Shown here: one piece after another, positions 47,597 to 56,183 of the stretch | Layout: each line of letters starts with the position of its first letter | Position numbering within the stretch: position 1 is the first letter of the stretch | From: a virus | Lineage: Duplodnaviria; Caudoviricetes | Length of the DNA stretch: 56,183 nt | IMG/VR virus record: IMGVR_UViG_3300017913_003170 | Span: 1 to 56,183 of that record | Strand: one strand, 5' to 3' | Program-made: the position numbers and the translations under genes | The notes under the pieces: model-generated | The model's database searches: none | What the model was told of the DNA's origin: nothing | Seen by the model: only the letters and a program-made list of their open reading frames with translations

Positions 47597-49364
47597 CAAA
47601 CGCCTCCACATCGATGTCAAATGTTGTAAATCCATTTTCCTTGGTCACCTGTAGTACATTGTTTACTCTGCCCAGCAGTTCTTCTTTGTGTGAAATCAGC
47701 AGTATGTTTTTATCACGTTCACGTTCTACTTTTTTCAACACGCTCAATGCATTGTCTACACCTACACTGTCCATGCCCGAATCAATGAGTTCGTCAATGG
47801 CCATAAAGTTGATGCTGTGATTCATGCTTTCAAACACATCACGGAATGCCCAACTCATGCTGAGTATCAATCTGTTGCGCTCACCACGTGACAGGTTGTC
47901 AAAGTCTAGATCCTGTCCAAGTTGTGTAATACTCACTTCCAAATCTGGTTGGAATTTGACCTCATGTGGCAATCCCAGCTGGTTTACATAATAATCCAGT
48001 CTGTTGTTTAGGAATATCAAGTTCTGTTCAATGATACGCTTTCTAACAAAACTGTCTTTGTTTGTCAACAGTTTGTACAAAAAGTCCTGATGCTCACGTA
48101 CCTTGACCAGTTCATTCATGTCGCTCCAGTCAATCTCTTGCAAGCCTTCTTCTCGCATCTGTTCAATTTGTTCACCATACGGATCCACACTTTCCTGCAA
48201 CTTTACCACTTCTGCTTCCAGTGTTTGCAGTGTGTTTTGATGTTGCAGTGCTTCTTGTAGTGTGTTGTAGTGTGTAACTGGCATGCTGCCCAGTTCACCT
48301 ATGCTGCTCACAACAGCAGTGTGTTCTTCTAACTGTGTGCCATTGTTTAGAATGGTCAATGCTGCTTCTGCTTTTTGGTCTTCTTTTGCTGACAGTATGC
48401 TTTCTTGCTTTTCGTCGTGCAGTTCTTGTCCGCATGCATGGCACTTGTGCTCTTGCAGCAGTTTGATTTCTCTTTCCAGTTTCTCAATCAGCTTTTGCTG
48501 CTTGACGTCATCTCGTTCAATACTGCTGATCCAGCGATTTGCTTCTTCCAACTGTTTTTGTTTTGTCAGATAGTCTTCCAGTTCAGCATGTGCTGCAACT
48601 TCTGTTTCAATGTCCAGCCGTTGCATAGCTTCAATTTCTTTTGTGATAGTTTCAATATCGTCGTCGCGTTTTTTCAGCCACAGACGTTGTCTGCGTTCAA
48701 CATCGCTGATGCTTTTTTCAAAGCGTTCGTTTGCGTCTTGAATACTTTTCAGTCTATATTCTTCTTCTTTGATACTGTCACGTATTTCTTTTTGTTGTTC
48801 CTTGAGGCGTTCTGCTTTTTGTGTAAGCATGGTAATACCCAACAACTGTTCGATGATGTCACGTTGATCGTTGTTGCGCATGCTGAGAAACGGCTCAGTG
48901 TAGGTGTTGAGTGCAACAATGTGTTTGAACATGTCATGGCTCATACCCAATAGTCTGTCAATTACTTTTTGTGTTTCTCTGCCTTCGCCCTGTTGTTCGT
49001 CGGTAGCACCTTCACCATCCTGTTGATTGTTTACAAAGAAGTTGAAGTAGCGTGGACTGCGGCCACGTTCAATACGATACTCAACACCATCCTTTTCAAA
49101 GTCAACTGTAACAACCATGTGCTTGGCATTGGTCTTGTTGATCAAGTTGTCCTTTTTGATGTTGTACAGTGCATTGCCATACAGTGCGTAAGATAATGCA
49201 TTGATGATTGTGGTCTTGCCTGTGCCGTTTCGTGATCCGTCACCGCCCAGGTCCAAGTTGTTGCCCAATACAAGTGTAAGTCCACTGTTTTCCAAGTGAA
49301 CTGCTTGAGTGACATTACCCACACTCATAAAGTTTTTCATTGTGATTGACTTAAATTTTAGCAT
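47589..49364 (-). CDS. gp46: Recombination ATPase, SbcC/Rad50-like
   Basis: Walker A RNGTGKT, zinc hook CHAC, signature LSRGE, Walker B AIDE, ISH loop. Confidence 0.95.
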   Translation of the reverse strand: MLKFKSITMKNFMSVGNVTQAVHLENSGLTLVLGNNLDLGGDGSRNGTGKTTIINALSYALYGNALYNIKKDNLINKTNAKHMVVTVDFEKDGVEYRIERGRSPRYFNFFVNNQQDGEGATDEQQGEGRETQKVIDRLLGMSHDMFKHIVALNTYTEPFLSMRNNDQRDIIEQLLGITMLTQKAERLKEQQKEIRDSIKEEEYRLKSIQDANERFEKSISDVERRQRLWLKKRDDDIETITKEIEAMQRLDIETEVAAHAELEDYLTKQKQLEEANRWISSIERDDVKQQKLIEKLEREIKLLQEHKCHACGQELHDEKQESILSAKEDQKAEAALTILNNGTQLEEHTAVVSSIGELGSMPVTHYNTLQEALQHQNTLQTLEAEVVKLQESVDPYGEQIEQMREEGLQEIDWSDMNELVKVREHQDFLYKLLTNKDSFVRKRIIEQNLIFLNNRLDYYVNQLGLPHEVKFQPDLEVSITQLGQDLDFDNLSRGERNRLILSMSWAFRDVFESMNHSINFMAIDELIDSGMDSVGVDNALSVLKKVERERDKNILLISHKEELLGRVNNVLQVTKENGFTTFDIDVEAFDG

Positions 49365-49938
49365 GCTTTTCTATAAACTCATAGTCCTCTTTGTAAGTAT
49401 CTTCTACTATGGCAAGTTGTTTTTTACTAAACCATTGTGTTTCCCATCCGTGCGGAAAGTCGGTTTGATTTTTTGTTGGTATACCAAGCTCTTTGGTGAG
49501 ATTTTCAATCTGCATTACACGAAGTTGAGATTGGTATTGTTGATCGACAAAATGTGTTTGTGGATACAGGTGATGCACTTTCATGTTTGTGTCCAGTACT
49601 GGCCAATGATCCATCCATATTGCCAGTTTGCTTTTTACATTGTAGTCATCGATATCAATGTTTATTCGGTCAATAAACCATTCTTTAGTTTTCTTGTATT
49701 TGCCTTGACCTGGTATCATGTAGTGTCCAAATGTACCCCAAGCACGTTGAACAGGATCACGCACAAAAACCAGTATATCATTGACTGTGCTGTGTGGCTT
49801 TGTGTATTCCAAATTTGACTTCACTGTGTGGCTGCCGTTTTTTGGAATTTCAAACCAACCACGACCATCGGGCAACTGCCACAATGCTGGAAATACTATA
49901 TCAGTACAGTAACCACATTCGCAAGTTTGAAATATCAC
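49351..49938 (-). CDS. Sulfotransferase (Sulfotransfer_2-like)
   Basis: 5'-PSB-like IPKNGSHTV, 3'-PB-like FVRDPVQR, HLYPQTHF, C-terminal Y.EDY; N-terminal CECGYC. Confidence 0.7.
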   Translation of the reverse strand: MIFQTCECGYCTDIVFPALWQLPDGRGWFEIPKNGSHTVKSNLEYTKPHSTVNDILVFVRDPVQRAWGTFGHYMIPGQGKYKKTKEWFIDRINIDIDDYNVKSKLAIWMDHWPVLDTNMKVHHLYPQTHFVDQQYQSQLRVMQIENLTKELGIPTKNQTDFPHGWETQWFSKKQLAIVEDTYKEDYEFIEKHAKI

Positions 49939-50945
49939 AAACTTCTCCAGATGTCAACTAACATGCTTTTGTCAATGAACTCGCTGTCTACCAAGCTAAG
50001 TTGATTATACACGATTTGATCCACACTTTCAACCTCTATATCTGCCTCCGCTGCCCAATCAACTGCATGATCATCTTTCTTGGCAGGTTGCAAACTGAAC
50101 TCTCGCAGATTGTAATCTCTAGTGAGTGTTTCCTTTAGAAAGTTTGCTTCTTCGTAGCTTACGTTGACATCCAGTGTAACACGTGCATATGTGTTTTCAT
50201 CCAAATAACGATCAGGATCTTCTACTAATTGACTCAGTGGGATTGTAATGTACTTGGGTCCTGTGTAGTTTACATATTCAGGTTCTCCGTCCCATTCCAA
50301 GAACATTGCACCGCGCTCGTGATCCCACGCATCTGCATAGTTGTGTCCAAACGGTGAACCCAAGTAATGAATGTTGCCTTGATTCTGTCGTTTGTGAAAG
50401 TGTCCACTGAACACGTATTCAGGATTTGCAAAGTCTTCTGTTTTTAGTCCGCCATGATCTGGCATTTCTACCATAGCATTCATTTTGAAATAGGGCAACT
50501 CAAAATGTCCAAACACATATTTGCTTTTGAGTTTTTTCATAGCACGCCATTCGTCGCCAATGAGCCACGGAACCAGTGCTACACCGTCTTGTTCAAACAC
50601 ACCGTCATTGATCAAATGCACATTGTGATGCAGTCCTGCATACGGCATGCTGTGGATTTCACGCTTCTCACGATAGTATAGATCATGGTTGCCCATAATC
50701 ATATACACGTTTTCAAATGTTTCAGCTAAAAAGCCCACATTGCTCACACTGTAGTTCAGTGTACTGGTGTTTACTGTTGCTCTGTGATGATGCCAATCAC
50801 CCAAGAAGATGCAGGTTTCTGCACCACGTTCTTTTGCTTCTGCACAAAACCACTTGACAAACGCTTCACAATCGTCGTTGAACATACGATTGTTGTTTTT
50901 GTTGCCAAAGTGGATGTCTGTAAAACATGCCGCTTTTTTGAACAT
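49935..50945 (-). CDS. gp47: Recombination nuclease, SbcD/Mre11-like
   Basis: FTDIHFG, FLGDW, GNHD, FGHFE, SGHFH metallophosphoesterase motifs. Confidence 0.95.
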   Translation of the reverse strand: MFKKAACFTDIHFGNKNNNRMFNDDCEAFVKWFCAEAKERGAETCIFLGDWHHHRATVNTSTLNYSVSNVGFLAETFENVYMIMGNHDLYYREKREIHSMPYAGLHHNVHLINDGVFEQDGVALVPWLIGDEWRAMKKLKSKYVFGHFELPYFKMNAMVEMPDHGGLKTEDFANPEYVFSGHFHKRQNQGNIHYLGSPFGHNYADAWDHERGAMFLEWDGEPEYVNYTGPKYITIPLSQLVEDPDRYLDENTYARVTLDVNVSYEEANFLKETLTRDYNLREFSLQPAKKDDHAVDWAAEADIEVESVDQIVYNQLSLVDSEFIDKSMLVDIWRSL

Positions 50946-50946
50946 A

Positions 50947-51801
50947 CTAGTCTTTCTCTAAGTTTTTGTCAGGATACTGTTCACGCATTTTCATTTCGTG
51001 TTCGATTTGTCTTGTCCAACTTGGATTCTGTCCGTTTTCAATCAACAAATCGTCACGTATGTTTTGACTGCGTTTTTCCAAATTCAACACTCGTGTAAAG
51101 CTATTGGTAATAGCTGCGGTGTAATAAGCAAATGGATTCTGTGATTTACTTTCATCAAACTGCAAACCTATCTGTGATAGTTGCAGCAATGCCTGTGAAC
51201 GCATTTCGTCTACATAGGTGTATCCACGCCAGTTGCTGCGCATGCTGTAACGTTCGCATAGTTTCATAAACATTTTTGCAAGTTTATTGGTCATTTGTCC
51301 GTGGTCTACGCTGAAGCTGCCGTTGCCCAGTCCGCCTTCCCAGTGACTGCGACACACTTCTTGCCATTCGTTGTCCACTGTTGCATAATGCTTGAACGGA
51401 GGAAAGTTGCATCTTGCATGATGATCTGCAACTGTTTTGGGTTTGCTTTTTCTGCCTGGTTCCAGTGGTACATGATCAAATGTCATCACACGGATAACCA
51501 CATCCTCTGTTGGAATGCTGTCAGGCTCTACCACAAACTGATTCTGTTTGGGTTTTTGGCTGCGTTTGCCATTGGTCTCTTCCCAGTGCTTCAGTGCAGC
51601 TTCGTACTGTTTCTTTTCCATACGGTTGGCTCTGTTCTGCTTTGCCAACTCCACTGTGTCATCTGTGATGTCATCCAGTGACGGAACGATTACATCGTAT
51701 TCTGTGTACTTGTCTTCATTGAACCAACAGTAGCTGAGCTTGCTTTTATGTATTTCTAATAATAGATCTTTGTTGTTGAGATAGTTTACTCTTCTTGCCA
51801 T
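50947..51801 (-). CDS. gp55: Late transcription sigma factor, with insertion relative to T4
   Basis: NYLNNKDLL, NWRGYTYVDEM, FDESKSQNPFAYYT...NSFTRVLN.EK. Confidence 0.92.
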   Translation of the reverse strand: MARRVNYLNNKDLLLEIHKSKLSYCWFNEDKYTEYDVIVPSLDDITDDTVELAKQNRANRMEKKQYEAALKHWEETNGKRSQKPKQNQFVVEPDSIPTEDVVIRVMTFDHVPLEPGRKSKPKTVADHHARCNFPPFKHYATVDNEWQEVCRSHWEGGLGNGSFSVDHGQMTNKLAKMFMKLCERYSMRSNWRGYTYVDEMRSQALLQLSQIGLQFDESKSQNPFAYYTAAITNSFTRVLNLEKRSQNIRDDLLIENGQNPSWTRQIEHEMKMREQYPDKNLEKD

Positions 51802-51833
51802 TGACTGTTTCTTTCTAGATTCATATACTCATA

Positions 51834-51862
51834 ACTATACACGGCCTGCAAGTAGAAGTCAA
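51834..51862 (-). promoter_or_regulatory. sigma70-type promoter TTGACT-N17-TATAGT for the gp55-gp47-gp46 operon
   Basis: 5/6 at both boxes, 17 bp spacer; back-to-back with a late TAAATA at 51878-51883 (+). Confidence 0.8.
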
Positions 51863-51902
51863 CGGTTTTTTGCCGGCTAAATAATACGTAAGGACAGGTA
51901 GT

Positions 51903-52520
51903 ATGAGATTTATTGACTTATTTGAAGATGTAGCAGACAATGTAACAGTTTTCTACGGCGGGCGTTTTCAGCCTATGCATGTTGCGCACAAGCAGGTTTA
52001 CGAGCATTTGGTAAATCGTTTTGGTGCCGATAACGTATTTATCGCTACAACATTCAGTCAAAAAGCACAAAAAGCACATCAGAAAGGTGACTTCACCAGT
52101 GACCCGTTTACCTTTGATGAAAAAGAAACCATTATGAGCACAATGCACGGCATTCCAAGAAACCGTATTGTGAACACCAATCCTTATCGTCCTGACCCAA
52201 GAAAAGTAGGACGTGACCCAAACAACACTGCTATCGTGATTGTGTACAGTGCCAAAGACGCAGGACGTCTCAGCACAGGTGGTGCACTGCAACCATTTCC
52301 AAACGATGGCAAAAATCTACTGCCAACCACAGAAGTAGCAGCCTATGTATATGTGGCTCCTGAAATGGAAGGCGGTATGAGTGCAACTACATTCCGCGAA
52401 ACCATGTTTGGCGACGATGAACAAAAGAAAAAGTCAACATTCCAAAAGTTCTTTGGAAAGTTCAATCAAAAGATTTACGACTTTATTGACAACAGGCTGA
52501 GCAAACATGCTGACGGATAA
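51903..52520 (+). CDS. Cytidylyltransferase-like (HxGH superfamily) nucleotidyltransferase
   Basis: YGGRFQPMHVAH, PFTFDEK, MSATTFRE motifs. Confidence 0.8.
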   Translation: MRFIDLFEDVADNVTVFYGGRFQPMHVAHKQVYEHLVNRFGADNVFIATTFSQKAQKAHQKGDFTSDPFTFDEKETIMSTMHGIPRNRIVNTNPYRPDPRKVGRDPNNTAIVIVYSAKDAGRLSTGGALQPFPNDGKNLLPTTEVAAYVYVAPEMEGGMSATTFRETMFGDDEQKKKSTFQKFFGKFNQKIYDFIDNRLSKHADG

Positions 52521-53142
52521 ACGTGCAAGACTTAGAGCTAAACCAGGACTGACCACACCGTTCAACGGACCGGCTAGTGTTCTTGCAAATGATGGAGAGA
52601 TGGTGTTTCCGCATACACCTACTATTGCCTACAGTAGACAGGTAGGCTGGGGCAGCTATGATCTTCCGCACACAAATTATCAACCGCTGTATTGGCAGCA
52701 AACACGTTCACCTAACATACAGGTAACAGCCTTGTTTACAAACACAACACCAGAAGAACATGAATACACCAATGCATGTTTGCACTTCTTGCGTGTTTGC
52801 AGTTTAGGGCACTTTGGTATCAATGATCCATTAAGAGGCTCACCGCCTCCTGTGCTGGAGTTCAGTGCATACGGTGCCAATCAGTTTGCCAACGTACCGG
52901 TGTGTATTGGTAGCGTATCCTATACACTAGATAGTGATGTAGATTATGTAGAACAAGCCAGCGGACGCAACAGCACCGGAGCAAATGTAAACAACAATCA
53001 ATTGGATGATTCATTGGTATTGCCTGCACAGTTGTTTGTGGCAATTGATCTCATGTATCAGCCAAATCTAACAGACATGCGTGAAACATTCACAGCACAA
53101 GACATTGCCAACGGTAGTTTGCTCACACAAGGATTCTTATAA
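52507..53142 (+). CDS. Baseplate/tail-tube initiator-like protein (gp48/gp54-like)
   Basis: VFPHTPTI, HTNY, GSPPPVL.FSAYG...F.NVPV motifs; baseplate context. Confidence 0.6.
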   Translation: MLTDKRARLRAKPGLTTPFNGPASVLANDGEMVFPHTPTIAYSRQVGWGSYDLPHTNYQPLYWQQTRSPNIQVTALFTNTTPEEHEYTNACLHFLRVCSLGHFGINDPLRGSPPPVLEFSAYGANQFANVPVCIGSVSYTLDSDVDYVEQASGRNSTGANVNNNQLDDSLVLPAQLFVAIDLMYQPNLTDMRETFTAQDIANGSLLTQGFL

Positions 53143-53444
53143 TGGCCACATACAGAAGCGACAGTCATTTGGCAACAACTCCAGTGAACAGCAAGTACAC
53201 TGAATATTACGAACCAAATGCTGTGTACAGAGATCGTGCAACTCGTGTTGTTGAGTTGACAGAAAAGCATGCAGGACGTCCTGATGTGCTGGCACATGAA
53301 CTGTACGGAAATGCTAGACTTTGGTGGGTATTCATGCATATGAATCCAAACAAAATCAAAGATCCTGTTAGAGACTTTGTACCTGGCAAAAAGCTGTTGG
53401 TTCCAATCAGTATCAGTTCGAGCAATGCAAATGGGACGTTGTAA
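53142..53444 (+). CDS. gp53: Baseplate wedge LysM-like protein, gp53-like
   Basis: RPDVLAHELYGNARLWWVF...NP..IKDP..DF.PG. Confidence 0.85.
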   Translation: MATYRSDSHLATTPVNSKYTEYYEPNAVYRDRATRVVELTEKHAGRPDVLAHELYGNARLWWVFMHMNPNKIKDPVRDFVPGKKLLVPISISSSNANGTL

Positions 53445-53449
53445 GTACA

Positions 53450-55993
53450 ATGGCAAAAATACAATGGCAAGACAACACACTAAACAACAGTGATAATGTT
53501 ACGTACAAAGCAACTCTTTACTTTGACAATCGTAGCAGCATTCAAAGTGACAACTATCGACAGACTGGTATAATTGTTGCTGAAAGCGGCGGCACAAGCA
53601 AATTTCACATTGACAATATTGAAATCGCTGCCAGTGTGGGCAGTGCAGAAATAGTTACCAATGTGGCCAGCAGAGTGAATTTTACACTCACTGAGCCATT
53701 GGGCAGCAGTTTCTTTCCAGCATTGATCAGTGCAGGATTGAGCCTCAACATGGAAAACATACTTGAAGGCGGTTTTGTATTGGAAATACAATTCATGGGA
53801 TATGATCGCAACGGTAAACCAAAAGTATTGGAAAATGCAACTTGGGTGTGGAAACTGATCATGTTGGATATATCTGCCAAGCATGACGCCAGCGGTGCTA
53901 TCTATCAATGTACTGCTATTGAATTTGACAAGGCAGCCAATCTACGCAGTCACAACTTACCCGAGCACCAAATACGCATCACTGCTGATACACTGGGCCT
54001 TGCTGTGGATCGTTTGGAAGAAGAACTCAATGCCTATTACAACAACATAGCAATCAGCACAGGACAGTTTCAAACAGATCGTGTCATTATCAATATACCA
54101 GCAGAATGGAGAGAATGGCAATTTGCAAACATGGAAGCAGAAGTAGAAAACCCTACATCTGATGAGACCATGCGAGACTTTACACTGGAGCACGGTGCTA
54201 GTGTGCTGGGTTTCATTGGAGATCTTATACTGTCTACTGTGGACATGCGAGACAGAATTGAAACAGCAGGCGGTCAAGTAACACCAGATATTATCTCCGA
54301 TGCAACTCAATTATTGATTGCTGAATACTTCAAAATCAAAACCAGCACAGAGTTCAGTCCGCTGTACGACAGTGTTAGACATGAGTATGCAAGAACAATT
54401 ACATATGATGTTCAGACCACTATTGAAAATCCTGCAGAAAGCAGAAGACGATATGAACAGATTGTATCTGAACGTACACTGCAAAATCAAAAAGTAAGTC
54501 AAATTGTCAATGCTGAGTTGATGATCAAAAGATATGATTATCTTTACACAGGATTGAACACCGAAGTACTCAACTGTGACATTGTGTTGAACAATGCATT
54601 CAAAGAAGCAGAAATGATCTACTTGGGTACCACACAGTATCCGCAAAACGATGAGCCTGGACAGTTTCCAGAAGCACCACAGCAGTTGCCCAGTCCTGCT
54701 GGGCCACTTGAAGCACTTCAAGCAGAAGCAGAATTACTACAATCAGATATTAGACAAAACGCAAGTGCTATTCAACAGTTGCGCGATCAACAAATACAAT
54801 TACAACGAGACGGTGCATCTGATGCACAACAAGCATCGCTAGAGCAGACCATAGCACAAGCAAATGCACGTAGGCAGCAGTTGTTGGCAGATGCAGAAGA
54901 ATTAGCACAGCGTACTGCAAGTGAACGTATCGCTAGAGGCAGAGAATTTGAATACTTGGGTCAAATTGTAGAACAAACTGTAAACGATCTTATTAGAAGA
55001 TATGAACCCATGCACATTCAAAGAGACAGTAGTGAACAAGACAGCGGATTGTTGGCATTGAATCGTCAAAGACAAAACATGAGCACAGACCTATTGAATC
55101 TTGAACTGGAGATCAGAGGAGATCCTTACTGGTTGGGACAGCCTGAGCGCAGTTCTGATTTCAATGTGTTTGACTACGACCTCGGTCCCCCGTTTTTGTT
55201 GTTCAGTCAAAAGTTTCCAAGAGAACCCAACATCAGTGGTTTGATGGAACCGTTTTTCAATCCTGTTTACAGCGGAGTGTATCGTGTAATGAATGTGATA
55301 CACAGCTTTAGAGGAGGTGCGTTTACACAGTTCCTCAAAGGCATACGTGATATGACAATACTAAGCAGTGTGATACGAGAAATGGTAGACAACACGTTTG
55401 AGTTGACCGACGGCAGTGTTCCACAAACAGAACCGCCGAGTACACAAGATCCAGATGACACCGACATTGAAGACAATGCATCAGCTGAACAGAATCAACC
55501 TTCAACACGTATACCACCAGCCAACACACCAGCCAGCGCAAATGAAGAAACAGCAATGCAGTTCTTTGTTGACAACGGATTTACACCTGCACAAGCCGCA
55601 GGTATTGTTGGCAACTTGATCAGAGAAAGCGGCATCAGACCGCAGGCAATCAATCCAGGCGACGGCAACGATGGGTCTGATAGCACAGGTATTGCACAGT
55701 GGAACAGCACTCGTTTGACAGAACTGCAAAACTTTGCAGCGTCAAGAGGCAGCGATGTAAACAGCTTGGATACACAATTGAACTTTATTCTACACGAGTT
55801 CAACACAACAGAAACTGCTGCAAGAGATCAACTGCTGAATTCTACAAATGTTGCTGATGCTACAGTTGCTTTCAGCAAATTCGAACGCTATGAGGGACAC
55901 GAAGATAATCTAAGCAGCCCAGAAACAGCAGACCGTGTAGCAGAAGCAAAAGAAGCACTACGAGACTTCAACAATAGGCAACGATCACAATGA
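53450..55993 (+). CDS. Baseplate hub-like protein with C-terminal phage tail lysozyme domain
   Basis: KRYDYLYTGLNTEV, LEIRGDPYWLG, SGVYRV..V.HSF..G.FTQ.L hub motifs; C-terminal GFTPAQAAGIVGNLIRESG...GIAQW...R...QLNFILHE. Confidence 0.75.
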   Translation: MAKIQWQDNTLNNSDNVTYKATLYFDNRSSIQSDNYRQTGIIVAESGGTSKFHIDNIEIAASVGSAEIVTNVASRVNFTLTEPLGSSFFPALISAGLSLNMENILEGGFVLEIQFMGYDRNGKPKVLENATWVWKLIMLDISAKHDASGAIYQCTAIEFDKAANLRSHNLPEHQIRITADTLGLAVDRLEEELNAYYNNIAISTGQFQTDRVIINIPAEWREWQFANMEAEVENPTSDETMRDFTLEHGASVLGFIGDLILSTVDMRDRIETAGGQVTPDIISDATQLLIAEYFKIKTSTEFSPLYDSVRHEYARTITYDVQTTIENPAESRRRYEQIVSERTLQNQKVSQIVNAELMIKRYDYLYTGLNTEVLNCDIVLNNAFKEAEMIYLGTTQYPQNDEPGQFPEAPQQLPSPAGPLEALQAEAELLQSDIRQNASAIQQLRDQQIQLQRDGASDAQQASLEQTIAQANARRQQLLADAEELAQRTASERIARGREFEYLGQIVEQTVNDLIRRYEPMHIQRDSSEQDSGLLALNRQRQNMSTDLLNLELEIRGDPYWLGQPERSSDFNVFDYDLGPPFLLFSQKFPREPNISGLMEPFFNPVYSGVYRVMNVIHSFRGGAFTQFLKGIRDMTILSSVIREMVDNTFELTDGSVPQTEPPSTQDPDDTDIEDNASAEQNQPSTRIPPANTPASANEETAMQFFVDNGFTPAQAAGIVGNLIRESGIRPQAINPGDGNDGSDSTGIAQWNSTRLTELQNFAASRGSDVNSLDTQLNFILHEFNTTETAARDQLLNSTNVADATVAFSKFERYEGHEDNLSSPETADRVAEAKEALRDFNNRQRSQ

Positions 55994-56183
55994 GTATAGA
56001 TAGAAACAACAGACCTGCTAGCAAGCCAAAAAAGAATCATATTGATAGGATCAATCCTAGAGACAATATGCTGCATGGCATATACATTGGCAGAGTTATC
56101 AGCAATATAGACAAACAGCGCATGGGTAGACTCAGTGTAGAAATATTGGACAGTTTGTCACCGAGTGTGTTGCCACAAGAAAA
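55990..56183 (+). CDS. gp5: Baseplate central spike gp5-like, N-terminal OB fold (partial)
   Basis: Hand translation MSIDRNN...HGIYIGRVISNIDKQRMGRLSVEI; ATGA overlap with the previous stop. Confidence 0.75.
   Translation, partial: MSIDRNNRPASKPKKNHIDRINPRDNMLHGIYIGRVISNIDKQRMGRLSVEILDSLSPSVLPQE

Noticed and set aside
34981-51801. Introns or inteins in capsid, portal, gp46, gp47
   Set aside because: ORFs are continuous, of ordinary length, and show no intein splice motifs.
1-56183. Stop-codon reassignment as seen in some large phages
   Set aside because: Core genes are full length in code 11, and TAA, TAG (e.g. portal, gp55) and TGA (e.g. gp15) all end genes at expected positions.

Overview
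A 56 kb piece of a large T4-superfamily (myovirus-like, probably jumbo) bacteriophage genome, standard genetic code, mostly the virion morphogenesis region. In order: tail sheath (partial), neck gp13/gp14, gp15, a NUDIX hydrolase, two glycosyltransferase-like genes, a ~25 kb cluster of mosaic acidic fibre/adhesin genes, major capsid, scaffold, prohead protease, portal, a tape-measure-like gene, baseplate hub genes, a GIY-YIG nuclease, gp46/gp47, late sigma gp55 and a baseplate operon running into gp5. Regulation uses host sigma70-type promoters (TTGAC[A/T]-N17-TAnnnT) and T4-type late TAAATA boxes. Signals the gene list does not explain: (1) a ~290 nt pseudoknotted RNA-like element attached directly to the GIY-YIG stop codon and followed by an AT-rich hairpin tract; (2) a stand-alone ~255 nt multi-pseudoknot ncRNA with its own promoter and terminator behind the capsid gene; (3) a minimal TMEM65-like membrane protein in the neck operon; (4) strong apparent TTAA avoidance with local exceptions; (5) a palindromic TAAGA-NN-TCTTA motif at head-gene late promoters. 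All calls come from motif recognition and hand folding; no searches were run.
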